Positions 36,901 to 51,900 of a stretch of 64,000 nt of DNA are shown in pieces. Origin of the DNA: Tubiluchus corallicola (lineage: Eukaryota; Animalia; Priapulida); NCBI GenBank assembly GCA_030141605.1, contig JAQGDQ010000502.1:1-64000 (forward strand). Reading direction: 5' to 3'. The notes below the pieces were generated by a model. That model searched no databases, was not told the origin of the DNA, and saw only the letters and a program-made list of their open reading frames with translations. How positions within the stretch are numbered: position 1 is the stretch's first letter; the number at the start of each line of letters is the position of its first letter. The translations under genes were made by a program, and so were the position numbers.

Positions 36901-39900
36901 AACTCCAAGTCCATTTTGATACTATCATAGGCTCTCTAGAAAAAAATAAGAATTAAGTGAATTCAAAATGTTAGCAAGTATAACAACTGTTAGTAAATTA
37001 ATGTAAACCTAAAACATATTTTTTGCAAAATGAGCATCACATCACAGTTTGAGAAGTGATATTCTGCAATGCAAGCGAATTACACATGTGAAAAGTTGAC
37101 AGAAATTTATGGCTTCCTTTCATAATCACTGGTATGAGTTGTTGTTTAATGAAATTGAATATTACAGTAAGGCATGTTGCATAGTAACATGCTATGTTAA
37201 TAATATTGTCTGTATTTAGCAGCATATACATGAACGTACATTTAACAGCTCCTTTATTACTAGTGTAATTTATGTGCTTGGAAATTTATGTATCAGGGCT
37301 TCCTTGTCAAGTTTGCAAGCATTTCCAGCATGTCTTAATTTTACGTTTCACAGTGTAGGGGAGTGATCTTTCAACTATTATGCACAATCACTGGCATTTA
37401 GTTTAGCTTAAACATAATTTAAAGCTGGGTTTTGAACAGTGACAGATCGACAAAAAAATGATTTCGGAATTTGAAAACCATTTGTTTGAAATAAAGCATA
37501 AACGTTGCCGGCTAATCATGGTAAGCAAAGTTCGATAAGTAAGGTTATAATTTCATACTCACGCATAGGTAGCATTGGTATGTGTTAAATATCACAGATT
37601 TCTCTTTGTTAAACTTTCGCATCATCTCAATCGTAAGTCTGTTGATGGCCGGCTGAAAGTACGATTGTTCAGCGTCAATCATCACCCTCACGTCTTTTGC
37701 CACTGCCCTCTGCAGGAGAAAAGTAATACTTTTTCAACAGTCCGTTTCAGTGATCGATAGCCTAGCTGTAACATCTAAATGACTCCACGAATTTTTCTTT
37801 AAAAAAATCAGTTTTCTGCCTAGTTTGTAGACTTGAAACTACAATTTAAAGCAAGAAAACCCCACTAAACCCCAAGCTAATTCAATCCAACTTTGTTTCA
37901 TTTTTAGAAATAATATATTGTCCACATATTAGTTTGATGCAACAAGCATTTCTATTAAGTCTACCTTGCACAAGGATATGGCTCACGGGACTTCGTAAAG
38001 ACCCGAAAAGTAGGGGAGAGTATTGAACGTTCGAGTTCGATTCAAATAAGCTTTTTTGATTCACATTCAATTCGAACCTAAAGTTATGGAATCAAATAAC
38101 TCACAACTTCAATTACAAAAGTTCTTTGTCATTGAAACGTTTGAAACATCATGCAATTAGCACAGTTTAGCTGCAATTTCTGTGAACAATTTTAAAAAAT
38201 TATTAGTGTTTTTACTGCAGAACAAAATCAAGCAGTATGCATGATCTTTGAGTTCGAAAACCTTTAAAACTGAATTCGCATTTCATTGTGATTCAAAACC
38301 TTGAAATTTGATCCGCGTTTGAAAGTCAAAAATTCCGATAAGGAATGCTTACCCTGCTAAAAAGTTCGATATACAATTTGCAAGTTACGTGAAATCAGAA
38401 ACAGACAACCATACATGCAATTACTGTACCTCTGCAATCATGTTCATTCGACGCAGCATGTTACGAAATTGTTCATTTTCTTCGTCTGTCATGGGTGCTA
38501 TTATCGGTTCCAAGTTACCAGTCTGAAAGAAAAAACATCAGCAAGCCATCACTAACAATTCAATAACCATTGTAGTTAAAAACTGTAATTTCCAACATTC
38601 ACAGCCCAACAACTATATTACTACAGTATTTTATACTGTCCCTGACTAGCCCAAATACAGATGCAGTCCTGACATTGCCAAATTTCTTTCCTTACGGAAA
38701 AATTTGGTTTCAAGCGTCAAATAATACTGTGTTTGTTCTATTACTATTAACAATTTTGCAAATAACATAATAGAAAAGTAACTGGTAACAAATTTTCAAG
38801 AATTTACTGCCATAGCATTATCAGAGGTACCCACATGCTCTGTCTCATAAAAAATCTGCTATAGTTATGTCATTTACTAATTAAAGTCTAGAATGTACAT
38901 GTGACTACACAAAATCTGCTTGCACAGTGTGTTAAGCGAGTTTGTATTGATGATGGCATTGTCATTCTATAATAATGTATATGGAAGCATATCAATCCAT
39001 CTGTGCGGATCGCACACCACACAACACATAATGGAGATCATAGCATCCCAGCTGGCTGTACTATAATGTACTTTTTTACAACACAAAAAGGAAACCATAG
39101 GCTGTTGAGAATATTTTGTAGAGTATTGCTTCAGACAATATGGTAAAGCTATAACATGGTAAGTAATTGTAAATGAATTTCATTACAAGCATACTTTAAT
39201 ATAATGACAATAAATGCGCTTACCTATGTTACCTTACTTTTGCGTCATAATTCATAAATATCACACTAGGGCGGAATGCAGGTACAAATGATCAAATGAA
39301 CTAGCATCTGCCAACTCGTTAACTATGGAAATGGCTCAGGTAAATTATCAACGAACCTTTGGATCGGGCAGCAGAAAATGCTGCGACATCTTCACGTTAA
39401 GATTCAGCAGTCTGTCCCATTCAAATATGTCAATCTCACTGGATAATAAACAACAAGCTGCTTTAAAACAGATGAACAGAAAAGCATGAAACGTCTAATC
39501 ACAAAAAAAGTACATTTCATTCTTAAAAATGTTATGAACTGATCAGTCTAAGAAGTCAATGTTCGCCAGTCCGGTGTTGCACCAATTTCATCTACAGTTA
39601 TACAAAGTAACATTTTATTCATGTACACAGGTGCCAAAAGACGATAAGATTAGACATAAAGTGAAAAATAGTGCATTAAAATAGATAAACAGATAAATTA
39701 CATCAGCCCAATTAGTTTTACGGAGAAGCTCCATAACACCTAACCAGGAAAAATATAAGTTGCTAGGTCAAGAGCTTGTACAGATCAGCCACTATAAAGC
39801 TAAAGTACTTTTTCATCTGAACAGCAAAATGTACTGCAGTATACCTCGGGTATAAGGTACTCGCTTATAAGGGACATCCGCTTGTAAGGGACCACCAACA

Positions 39901-42900
39901 CCAGTTTCAAGTTTTCGTAATGTCCGCGGTCACATACATCTTGCATCACTGAAAGAGCTTCCTACATACCGTTTGCACTGAAGGTATAGCAATAATCCAT
40001 AAAAATATGGGTAAAAGTACAGAAAAGTACAGGTCTAGATACACCCTTGGTCTGACTCTTCTTCGGCTATAAGGGACGGTTTTTTTCGGTTCGAAGGTGT
40101 CCCTTATATCCGAGGTTGACTGTATTTTACAAATTTAATGACCTAAAGCTGCTTTACATAATGCCAAAAATTAAATCATTTTATGATAAAATAAAAAAAT
40201 AAAATCTTAAATCAAAAAACGGACCCAATCTTAAACTGTAGTTTAAAACAATCTACTCTTTAAAATATTGAAAGGAAACATACTATTTTTTCAAAAATGA
40301 CTTACGCACAAGAATTATTATAACACAAACACAGTTTCACATTCGCGCCACTAGTTCTTCGCTTTTATACGCATTTTGCCATTCGCTAGTCAGACAGACA
40401 TTAGCGCCTGCATTTCGGAAACGTGTTGCACAAAAAACGGGTGCTGTACCTCTCAGTTCAGATCAGCTCAGTTTGTGACGAAAAGCACACAATCGACAAC
40501 TCATGCGTGAGCATAGTAGTAAATTTGAAATTTGAATTTTTATCTTAAAACTTACGTAGTTTTAGTACAACACGCTGAATAGCTTACAACAGCAATGTAC
40601 TTCAATTTTCACTTCTGCAAACACGTGCTCGTGTAATATTTTTGCTGTTGAAAATCATGTTCTTTTGTGATGTCATCAACAGATGGGGTCGCCCGATCTT
40701 AATTAAGATTTTAATCCACTATTTAATTATAAGAAATGCTTTTGCACTATTAATTGTGTTAAAATGTATACTTTTTATACGACTTGGAAATGGGATAGGA
40801 TACGAAAAATCATCCTGTGTTCCTTTAAGAGAAGTAAACAAGTTATATCTGTTCACAGTACTACAAAAGGCAAAATATGTCGTAAGTACAATGAACAAAG
40901 AAATCTTGGTTACTTTTTGGCTTCCGTGTCCATGTCAGTGAACCACTGATGCAGGTCGTCTTCAGAGACGCCAATTCCAATCTTTTGTATCTTCTCAATA
41001 AATTGCTGCCTGCAGAAAAAGACCACAATATTTCGAAATGTTTGAAAAAAATTATTAAGACTTGCAAGCTCTAGATACAACACTGGAAAAAGCTCCAGAC
41101 GCCTAAACTGTTGTGTTTACACTTGAGATATGAGTACTGTAGATTTATTTTTAATGGTCACTTAGTATCAAAAGCATTAGTGATCATTAACTTACTTGAC
41201 CATAAGAAGATCGTAGAAACAGTATACTTTTTCTAATGAGCTAAAAAATAATATTACAGTTTTAAGAACCTTTTCATTTATTCATTTTTTTAAAATTATT
41301 TTTGGTTTATTTGAAAAATAGGATTGTTTCTACAAAATCTCATGATCAAATAGATTATTTTTGAAGTAACATGCCACGGCACATATATGCATTTAGCATT
41401 ATTACAAAAAATTCACAGATAATTTACGTATATACGGCAACAACAACAACAACGTAGACGGTTTCTTTTATCAGTTAGCGACCTGAATAAAGTATTCACA
41501 AAGAATAATTATAATTAATGTGCATGATCTTTCTTCAATTAAACTCAATGCAAGTAACACATTACAAGAATTAACCGCATAATCTCCGTTGTTGCTGCGT
41601 TCCAAGGTTGAATAAATATGTGAACACAGCTTCACAAACTTGACACACTTAGTAAAGACGTTCTCGATACCTCTTTAACTTTGGCACTTCTGCTTGGAAG
41701 ATGTTGTACTCCTGATCTTCGGTGAGAAGTCGAAAGAACTGTCGCATTCGCACGACAATCTGTGACAACTGCAACAAGAGCTGAGGCCTGCCAAGAGCCG
41801 TGAGCTTGACGGCTGCAAAGCCAGTACTATTCGTCGCACCTAGACGACAAGCGTTAAACAAAAACATCGTTACTGAAATTTTAAAGGATAAAAATACAGA
41901 TGAAGATAAAGGAAAAGCAAAGATAGAAATAAAGATGCGACTTATGCCTTTGTTTTTGTTTCGTTTGCAGAGACTGTAGATGTTTATTTCCCCGATTATT
42001 GGCTCCGACCATTTATAAAGTCTCAACTAGAATATCACTGAAAAGCAAGCAATGCAATGCAAGCCGCGTACCAATAGTCATTGACATACCCATTGCCGTA
42101 CCATTGCCCATACCAGGTGTTCAGGAAGCCATTCAGGTATTTTGGATATAGTATCAATTAGGAAACCTGACTGTTCAGAGATAATAGTAGAAGACAAATT
42201 TGCGAAGCTTTTTGAGTTCTAAGAATCAAACAAACCAACCTCAACACAACCTTATGAGAAGTGAAATTCAAGAAATGTTTGCTAAAAAGACACGCTTATA
42301 TCAATTACTATTGGATGAAATAGAACTAGATAATCCTGTTACATGTATTTCAGCAAGATTTAGATATGCAAGTTTTTGCCCCGACATTCGGAACTTTAAT
42401 AAGCATGCAGACTTTACATACTGATAGCATAGAACCAGAAACACTACTAACATCGATGTGATAAGTGTGGTGACGCGTAGATATAAATAACACACCTAGC
42501 TACACTGGCATAATGGCAAAAATCTTTCCAGCAATCCTTCAAGAAAAGAATGAATTTTATCTAAATAAATGTACTTATGACATGCTACAAAACTTGTCCG
42601 TGCAAAAAAACCAGGTAAAGACAGGACGCGGTTATATGTGCGCGTCTTAAGATCAGGTATCAGCGTTTGCTGTGTCAGTTACATCAAGGCGTGAAGTAAA
42701 GAGCAGCAAATGTGTGAACTTATAGGTGTTTTCAAACACTTACTGATAATACGAGATTTTATTAGTTCCTCTTATCTGCAAACATGTAGGTCACATATAC
42801 ATATGATTATAAATATAATATACATCACACATAGACACTTTCTACATATGAGCCAACTCGCAAACTGTGCATTACAAACACAATGACTTCTGTTTGTGGA

Positions 42901-45900
42901 TTGTAAGTAGGAAGGTAATAAAGAGTAATAAAACTAGCATAATTTTGTTTTTTGAAGAAAATTTTACAATGCAACAATGAGATTATTTTAAGTCACGAAA
43001 TTTGCCAATCATCTAGCTAGATAATCAACCAGTCAGTTGGCCAGTCGGTCAGTCAGTCAGTCAGTCAGTCAGTCAATCAATCAATCAATCAGTAGTCGGT
43101 TGATCGGTCAGCCAGTCAGTCAGTCAGTCAGTTCGAAGAAAGGGTTACAATGGTCTGTATAGTAGGTTTGTCATTATGCATTATATGTCTACGTATTATA
43201 TGAACTTAGTTCGTAATAAAAGGTTAAGTCAAAATCAAAATCAAATCTGTCAGTCAGCTAGTCAGCCAGCCAGACAGTCAATCAGTCAATTAGTTAAGTA
43301 AACAGCAGAAAAAGGGCTTCTAATTAAATACCTGATACAGCATCAATGCAGTTCAAAATAATTTCAGTGTTCTTCTCGCACTGCGCTTCGTTGAGGTAAA
43401 AGTAAGTACGAGCCGAAATGACGTCCTGCCGCCTGTCACCAAACTCCTCATGAGCCGTGTACTTCTTCATATCTGCGGTATGACACCCATTAAAGACATG
43501 GGTACAGTAAACTACGGTGTTAAATATTGTAGAAAAAACAGCCTTAGCACAGACAAAAAGTTCATTTTGTAATCAGCACAGATCTATGACAACGAAAGGT
43601 GAGGTATAACTGGTTATCGGTACCCCATAGTATAAAATAATGAAACCACAAAGATGAACAGTGTTTAGCAGGAAAGTTATTTTCGTAAAGGGAAGAATGT
43701 GTCCAAGGTGCACACTAAGCACTCTCGACTCATTAACGTAAGTTGTCTCCTTTTCTGAGAAACATTTTTCTACCATTAGGGTTACAACAGACTGTAGCAA
43801 TGAACACAGGGGCAATTTCATACTAAAAGAGGGTAACCGTACATCATTTTTCACATTTTCATAGTTTAAAACACTGGTAGCAGAGCTGGGACTGGTTAAG
43901 GGGTTAACCGGTTTAATTCTTTATCGATTAATCAGATCTAGGCAACATCCGAGGTCCACTGCAATTAAACAAGTAGATCATTGGAGAACCAAATAAACAA
44001 GAAATTTACAAAGCAAACACATCAAGTGAAACTTTAGAGGAATATGTTCAAATAAGAGTGAAACTTTTGTACATAGAAAGTGAAAAGTCTGTGTTTGTAA
44101 GGATGCCAAGAGTTGTTGAACTAAGCGTAGCAGTTTCCTACATAGAAATGAAAAGTCTCTACAGCAAGGATGTGGTGAAGGTTCGAATTGTCTATCATTT
44201 GTATATAAAGATTGGTGAACCGGTTAAAGAAATCAACCGGTTAATTTGCATTAACCGATTAACCGGTCCCAGCCTGGTACTCAAAGTGTTTGGAATTCCT
44301 TTAACATTTATACACTCCCTGACGTATTACAACAACTTAGTACAAGACGTTACTTTAATTAGCAATACATAAAGCATCAAAGAGAAATGGACCGTTATAC
44401 CTGCACCAAATAGACAAAAGGTTAATTAGTATTTTTATTAACATGGTAAATAAGGGGGCAAAAGCTTGAAATGCTTTTTAAGTAGCAAAATAAGCAAGTC
44501 CAACAAAAGGTAAGTTTCTGTCACACTAGAGAAAACAATCATGTCATCAAGTCGCCAAACGAACAAATTATTTTACAAATAAATAAGAACAATTTAGAAT
44601 GAGTTTGAGTAATTTTTCGATCATCAATGCATTTAAAATCATTTGCCCCTTAGTTTACCATAAGAAGCGAGGATTTTGCAGCTTGTCGACAAAGGTTGTA
44701 CGAAAAGGACCTGTCAAATGTAAAAGCTTGTAAGACTATAGCTAAAAAGAAGCGGAAATAGATTATTAGTGTGGTCTGCAACTGCCATGGAATTTTAATC
44801 AGTTCTGCTCATTGGACAGCAATGTAAACTAACGATAAATCAAAAATACAGTGTCAGAAACACGGAATCATCTTTCCGGCAAATTTTTTAACCGTCAACA
44901 CTTAGACGCTAGACAGATGTTGCTGGTGGTCCAAACAGAATTATTTAACGTCTAACAGATGTTGGTAGTTTGTTGAATTACAATTTGAAATTACAAAAAG
45001 CTAGAGTTGAAACTGATACAGTTCCACAGTTCTGAAGTATTAGGACGTTTTACTTTTTATGATGCATTCAAGCTGTGACTCTTTTCCACGAGAACTTATT
45101 ACTCAAATTACGAAAAAAATCACTTCAATATTATTGCCGAACTCCATGTTAACTGCAGACCGTGTAAAACATGCAATAAGGAAACAATTAAAACGTGAGC
45201 GGGATTCCTGGTAATACTCGTAAACCACACGGCTCACATACTTGCATCTTTCTTAGGACCATCAGCTGAAAATAAACAAATATATTACAGGTTTGTTCGC
45301 CAACCTCCATAGTTTAAATTTACTGTGACATAACTAAAATTTTCTTTGTGGTTAAGCAAAGTGTAAGCTCACGGGGAGTTTTGGGTCTGCAGACAGCAAG
45401 TCTACTAGGTACAGCAACCCACAATTCTCTGCTTCAGACACACTGCAGCAGAAAAAACAAAGCTGGTAAAAAAGAATTCAATTTTAGCTTGCCCACTGCC
45501 AAGCACCGCTTGTGTCAGCCAATCTCTGTTTTGACAAAGCAGTAGTTGACAAATTGATGTAACAGAGAGAATGTGCGCTTGTATTTCTTAGTTACGGCAA
45601 AAAACAGCCAAATGTGATTCTTGTTCAGAGAAGCAGAAAATAGTCATTGTAGACTAAAACTCTAGACTAGGACTAGCCTACAGACTAATCTGCTAGGACT
45701 TACAGCAGAAATGTGGCAGGAAGATGGATGACAGAAAACATTCAGATTCAGCTGAGATTAACACAAGAAATTTTCGTGATTTCTGCATAAAATCAGAGTA
45801 AAGATCAAATGATCAGTTACGACCAGATTGCAGACAAAGATGGGAAGCTGTTTGGCTTAAAGACAGACCAAGTATTTGGTACATCAGTACCGATACTGAT

Positions 45901-48900
45901 CGCTATCACAAACTCGTGGCATCAGCTGTTGGCTCACTATCAGTGGCTGTTGCAATGGTCCTGAACTAGTCTATAAAGTCAAACCTGGCAGCCTTGACCT
46001 AGTTCTGCTGCCAGCCAAATAAATAAACATATTTGTACCAATTGCTTAAGCAAAATTTTTTATGAAACATTCCTCTAAAGCCAGTAAACCTGTCTGCACT
46101 TGAAAGTTTTTTAAATAACATGAGAAAGCTTGCATCGCTGAAAGAATTTTGAGAAAGTTTGCAACAACGATGGAACTTTGAGAAAGTTTGCATCCCTGAA
46201 GGAACTTTAAGAGAGTTTGCATCACTGGAAGAGTTTTGAAAAGATGGACCAAGACCATCCAAAGACTGTTACTTGTTCTCTCACAATCTCACTGATAAAA
46301 CAAACATGTGAGACTTAAGAAACCTTCTCTTCTAATGCCTAGCTCCTCGGTTTAAAATAAGCAGTCCATCATGTACAGTTTCGTAAACACTGTTTTGTAT
46401 ACATAGCCATTTTCTATGACTGTATTCACACCAACCAAATAATGGCATTCGGCAATCTAAACTGTTTAAATCAACAAAATTAGATGATCTCTAACGTGAT
46501 ACACTGAATCAAAAACAAGACAAGTCTCCTCTAAAAGCTTCCTTCCTCTCAATGCAACAAATTTTTTAAGAAGTTTGGATCTATGCTGCAGACCTTTACA
46601 TTACCTGTGTACAACGTACCATAGATCAAAAAACAAATAACTAAATAAATGATAGGTTACCTGCTGGTGTGTACGTGTCGTCATCTTCTTGTGGTTTACA
46701 AGCCCTAGAAAAAACACAAGAAATCATAATTACGCATCATCATTATCATATTCACCGCTTTTGTAAAAGACCTACTGCCATTGAAACAAATGCAGAATTA
46801 GAAAACTGACAAGTCAAAAATAATACTGTTTTGCTATAACACGTACCCAACTTACTTATCTTGAACATCTACCAGCATCAAATCTGTGCAGTTTCTTAGC
46901 ATAGAAATATGCTAATTTTTTTACCTACAAAAGGGTGTGAGCACTTAAACTTAGCCAGGGGCTACACACAGCATACCTGACTGACACCATTCTTCTAGCT
47001 TCAGTACTGGCATTCTAGCATTGTGCACACTTAAAATTTAAAGTTTGGTTTGTGACAACCAAGGCTAAACATATTATTAAGACACATAAGTTAAGGTGAC
47101 ATACTAGCTACTGGCAATGACCATGTAATTAGTATTTATATGTAGTTTAACTGCTAGTTTCACTGTAACTCTATTAGGCACTTGTAATAGAGGCAAGGTA
47201 CACTCAATGGATTATTCTGCATTTGCAAAAATATTTTGAGATAATTAATTCAACAGGAAATTCTTGATTCACAAACAAACAAACTTGATACACATGATAC
47301 AATTATTCGTATAAAAAATCAACAACTTTCTTAGGCACGTAGGCAGAACTGAATGCCCATTAAGGTTTAATAACAAACTCGTTCTCAGGCATACTCAAGA
47401 TGATAATGATAAGCAAGAAGCACATCAGATTAAAATAACAAGGACAAGAATTTTGTTAAAAAAACGTCCCAAACCTGTAGCTCTATAATAATTACAGTCA
47501 GTGCATTGCCAAATATATCTTGTGACAATGGGTGCAAGCATGTCAGGCGCATACCTGTGAGATAACACTGATTTAAACAAACTGGGAAAACGTATTTATG
47601 AGAGAAGATCTCAGTACAACAATAATAAGCCTTTTCACAGTTCCAGCGATTGATGATGATCATGAAAATGTCAAAGGTTAAGTGTACCAGGCAACGCACT
47701 TATGTAGACTTGCTTACCCCTAGCAGCCCGAGCCATTGTAATACTAACAATTTTAACAGCTAGCTAAGACTTTACCTAGTTCATTGTTTCTTGTTCTCAA
47801 ACAAGATCCTGCTATTAAATCACTCTACGCACACACTAATGCATAATTAAGTAAAGTCTACGTGAAACAACTAAACTTACTGAACTGGTGCAACAGACTG
47901 GTTTGCTTTACACACACCTCACGTGACGGTTGCGGTAAAGACGTGTTGTTGTGGCATACTTAACCTTTGACCAACAGCAACTGCATGTGTGCACAACGAA
48001 ACTGTGAAAAGGCTTATTAAAGGGAAAGGAAAGAAAATTCTAAAGTATATCACAAGAAACTTTCCATACAAAGTTATATTAGTTTAGCATTAAGCATACA
48101 TGTTTGAAAAACTAATGTAATTGGAAAAGAAATTCTTAGCAACTTAAAAATGTTTGAGCTGTACTGCTAAAACGCTGCTAACTCACCTTCCCAATGTGCA
48201 TCAATGACTGACCAAAAACATATTACTAATTTTATTAACAAAATGAAATAATTTATGCTTTCACTTAACGAAGTGTCTGCTGCAAATGCTCTGATTCTTT
48301 TTTCAAATTTTAGGCAATGTTATCTAAACTTGTGTCAAATGACCTTACATTAAAATGGCTGCGCCTAACAGTCATCGTGAGAGTTTAAATTTGCAAGTTT
48401 TTTACAACTTTACTACCAATACAAGCCCTGTGTGCAATAAGACAGCATGTAGGTGACACAACATTGCACAACGAATTTTTTTTAGCTTTATGCAAGTAAA
48501 AGGTTTTTTGTCCTTTAATCTACCCAGCAGACATATCAATTCCTCTTCGACAGGAATGTTCCCTGATCGTAATTCAATCACACGCTTTACTTTACCCTAA
48601 GATAAAATTTTTCGAGTTGATAACAAGTTTTTCAATGAAGCTACAGATTCATGCGTTTAGAAACTCTAAAGTCCCCATTATGAATAGAACTGATGCCAAC
48701 AGAAAGATTCCCACTAAAACGGAAATTCAGAATACCACGTGGACCACGGTATTCTCTCACTATGTAGTTTTTCAACAAACTGCAACCCTGATAAAGCACC
48801 ACTCGCGGGCTATAAGAGACTTTCTCAATGCAAGATGCTTGACTTGCCTCTGGATTGGTCTCTGAGCTTCTTGAGGTCCCTGATGAAGGTAGCAAGAACT

Positions 48901-51900
48901 ACTGTTTATGCAGTAGTTCTTTTCTGATTTTTGTCTAATTTGACTAAAAGATTTACAAAGGTTTTAGTTCACCTGTATCAAGTTTCAAATATTTTGCTGT
49001 GCTTGTTAAAAAATATAAAAAACGCCAATTGTACAGTGACTTACGAGACACTCAGGGTAATATCAATGTCAAGAAGATTTCTGAATTATACAAGTTAAAA
49101 AATAACTTATTAATTAAATTATGAAGCCCGATATCTTAATAATAAATGTTCCAAACAGAAAGCTCCAGCTTCTTACAATTTAGCATAAATAGTTGACACA
49201 AGAAACTAAATTAAAAACGCAACAAAGTAGAATTACAGGCAAACATACAGCCCAATCCTTCAAAAGTTATTTTGAGATAGAGAAATTCAAATAATATATC
49301 ATTTACTCATTTTGCTTAGCAACAGTTTACAACTAACTAGAAACCTGTCTGTTTAAACGATAAGTTGTAAAACTATGACCTGATCAGAGTGAATGGTACA
49401 TGTAAAAAATGTGCAGTTTAATTTTGAAAATATTTTAGCGGCCTCATAAGCTTGTTAACATACTACCCATCATAAAGTAATAACAGCCAGTAATTACTCA
49501 TGTAGTAGTAAGAGTGACTGTTTGAAAGTTCAATCAGCTCATGCGCAGTTAGAATTCGCGGAATGACGAAGTATGGCATTTGCAAGGAAGTTTTGAAGTT
49601 CAGATGTTGTAAAATTTATAACTTACAAGAACTTTTCAGAAACTTTTACTGTAGTCAGATTTTTATTGCATTTGCCAAGAATTGCCGGGTAGTTAAATGT
49701 TTGCACGTTTGTTTGCTTGTCTGCTATCCCACGAATTGTTACGTTATTTATGGATTTCACCAGAAGCTTTTACTAATAAGTACCGTATTTTCCCGTGTAT
49801 AAGAGACCCTTGTGTATAAGAGACCCCTTCAATTTTTAGGCAAAAATTCTGGAAAAAAGTTTTTTGGTAATGAATAACTTTATTCATCATAGAAATCATT
49901 AAATTCCTCATCACTCTCATCAAAAATATCAACTGGAGTCAGACCTTCAGCAATTCCAGCCAGTTCATCATCAGAGGAGTCACTCTGCTCAAAAATGGCA
50001 TTGTCCTCTGTGCCGTCCATGGCATTGGAGATGCCACACTTCTTGAAAGATTTAATAATGACCTCTGGCTTTACACCATTCCATGCCTTGAGGCACTTGT
50101 AGAGCACTTATTTCTTTAATATCATTAGTGTCACAATTTATGCATCTTATTGAAAAGTCTTACTCCCATGTATAAGAGACCCCCTGTTTTTAAAGTGAAA
50201 ATTCTGAGCAAAAAAGGGTCTCTTATACACGAGAAAATACGGTATTCTGATTTACTACGCAACAAATTGCCAGGACTATGACTAAAAATAAAACCACTTC
50301 ACTCAGCATCCGGCTTTAATTTTGATCAGTGCCAAGTAGGTCAACAACAAACCACGCTTTCACTTACTCCATTTCAACTTTTTTCGCTTCCTCTTCCGTC
50401 AGATCCTCCTCTGCGCTGTAATCCAGTATAGCCTTGACTCCAAATTGCCTCATTCTGGAAGAAGCGACATATATGGCAAGGTACCGTCATAAAATTAATA
50501 ACAACCTCTATGATAAACATCTGTAATTATTAGGCCCAAGGAAAGGGGGTACAGCCAGTACATTGCCCCGGTGTCCATAAATATTAATTTTGTAGGTTGG
50601 TATGACCAGTATTCGTGTCGATCAGATGCCCTACCTACAGATGCGTAATCTTCAACTGTTAGCCTCTGCAGAGTGCTCATTCAGCAAACTAAAACAGGTT
50701 AAAAACTTCTATAGACCCACAATGACACAGGGACGGGTAGCAGACCTGGCAAGATTGAGTATTGAAGCTGAACTTTCAATAAAAGTCAATTTTGATGAAG
50801 TTACTCGTTGTTTTGCAGGTGAAAAGGCCAAAAAATCTCCTTTATTGAGCAGAAAATGAACCGGGACGTATCATCGTTCACCGTGAACAAACGTACTTCA
50901 GATATTAAGAAATAAAGATTATTAAACGTAAATTATTGCATATTATTGTATTTTATAGTCTGTAGGCCCTGGTGCAGGTCAGGAAGGGGGCCCAAATTTG
51001 TCTTCCTCTGGCACATAAAAATTCTCTCGGTAGCCCTGCTAATTATTATAAATATGGCACAAAGAGCCTGTACTTGCAGACAGAAGTTTACAAAACCATC
51101 CAAATTTTATGCAATATGTGAAAAAGTTAAAAGTAGTTATACTAGGAAAAATTATACCCCATCTTAATTTTTAACTGCATAAAATATAAGACAACCAGAA
51201 GGGAGTTAATATTTTCCTGTTAAATTACGTTACAATCTTTAACGTTTATATTAGTTAGCAATGCATGTAAATAGATTCATTACAAAATTTAAAGAACCAC
51301 TGAGCAACGAGTCCTTTCATGGCAATTCAGCACTCTACACAGCAATTCATTGAACAAGATGTTTCTTGAAACCGTAATTTAACCAGAACTTTAAAACACA
51401 CAACTAACAATAACAACAACGAGTCCCTTGGCATTCTCAAAACACTGCAAATATGCCGTTATTTTTCCCTGATGTCCAACCATGGTAACTTGCTTACTTA
51501 ATGAATAATTAACTTTAAAATGTCTACTGATTTAATTTCCTAATGTCTATCACTAAGCCCTTGCTCAAACATCAAACAATGGACGACCATTAAGCATTTT
51601 CAATTAAATTCTGGTAATGGAATTAAAATTATATTAAAAGAGAGACCAATCTTTCTGGAAAGTCAGGCTTATCTCAATATTATGATTTAGTAATAAGTGG
51701 CGTGGTAAGCATTTTGTGCAATTAGTAAATGACTTTACAGATGCATGCCCCGAAAACTTTCAATCCCCATCAATAGTGTCCTTTATCAACAGAAGAAAAT
51801 GCAACGCACTGTCAGTTTCCTTGAAAAGTATAATAAGTTTTTATAAAAAATTATACAGCTAATTCTGTGATATTTTTGCACGGATTTTAGGTAAGCTGCA

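Noticed and set aside
48617-48927. Overlapping 62-84 aa ORFs in a PRODH intron
   Set aside because: No recognisable domain, and no phase-compatible splice sites giving a stop-free exon.
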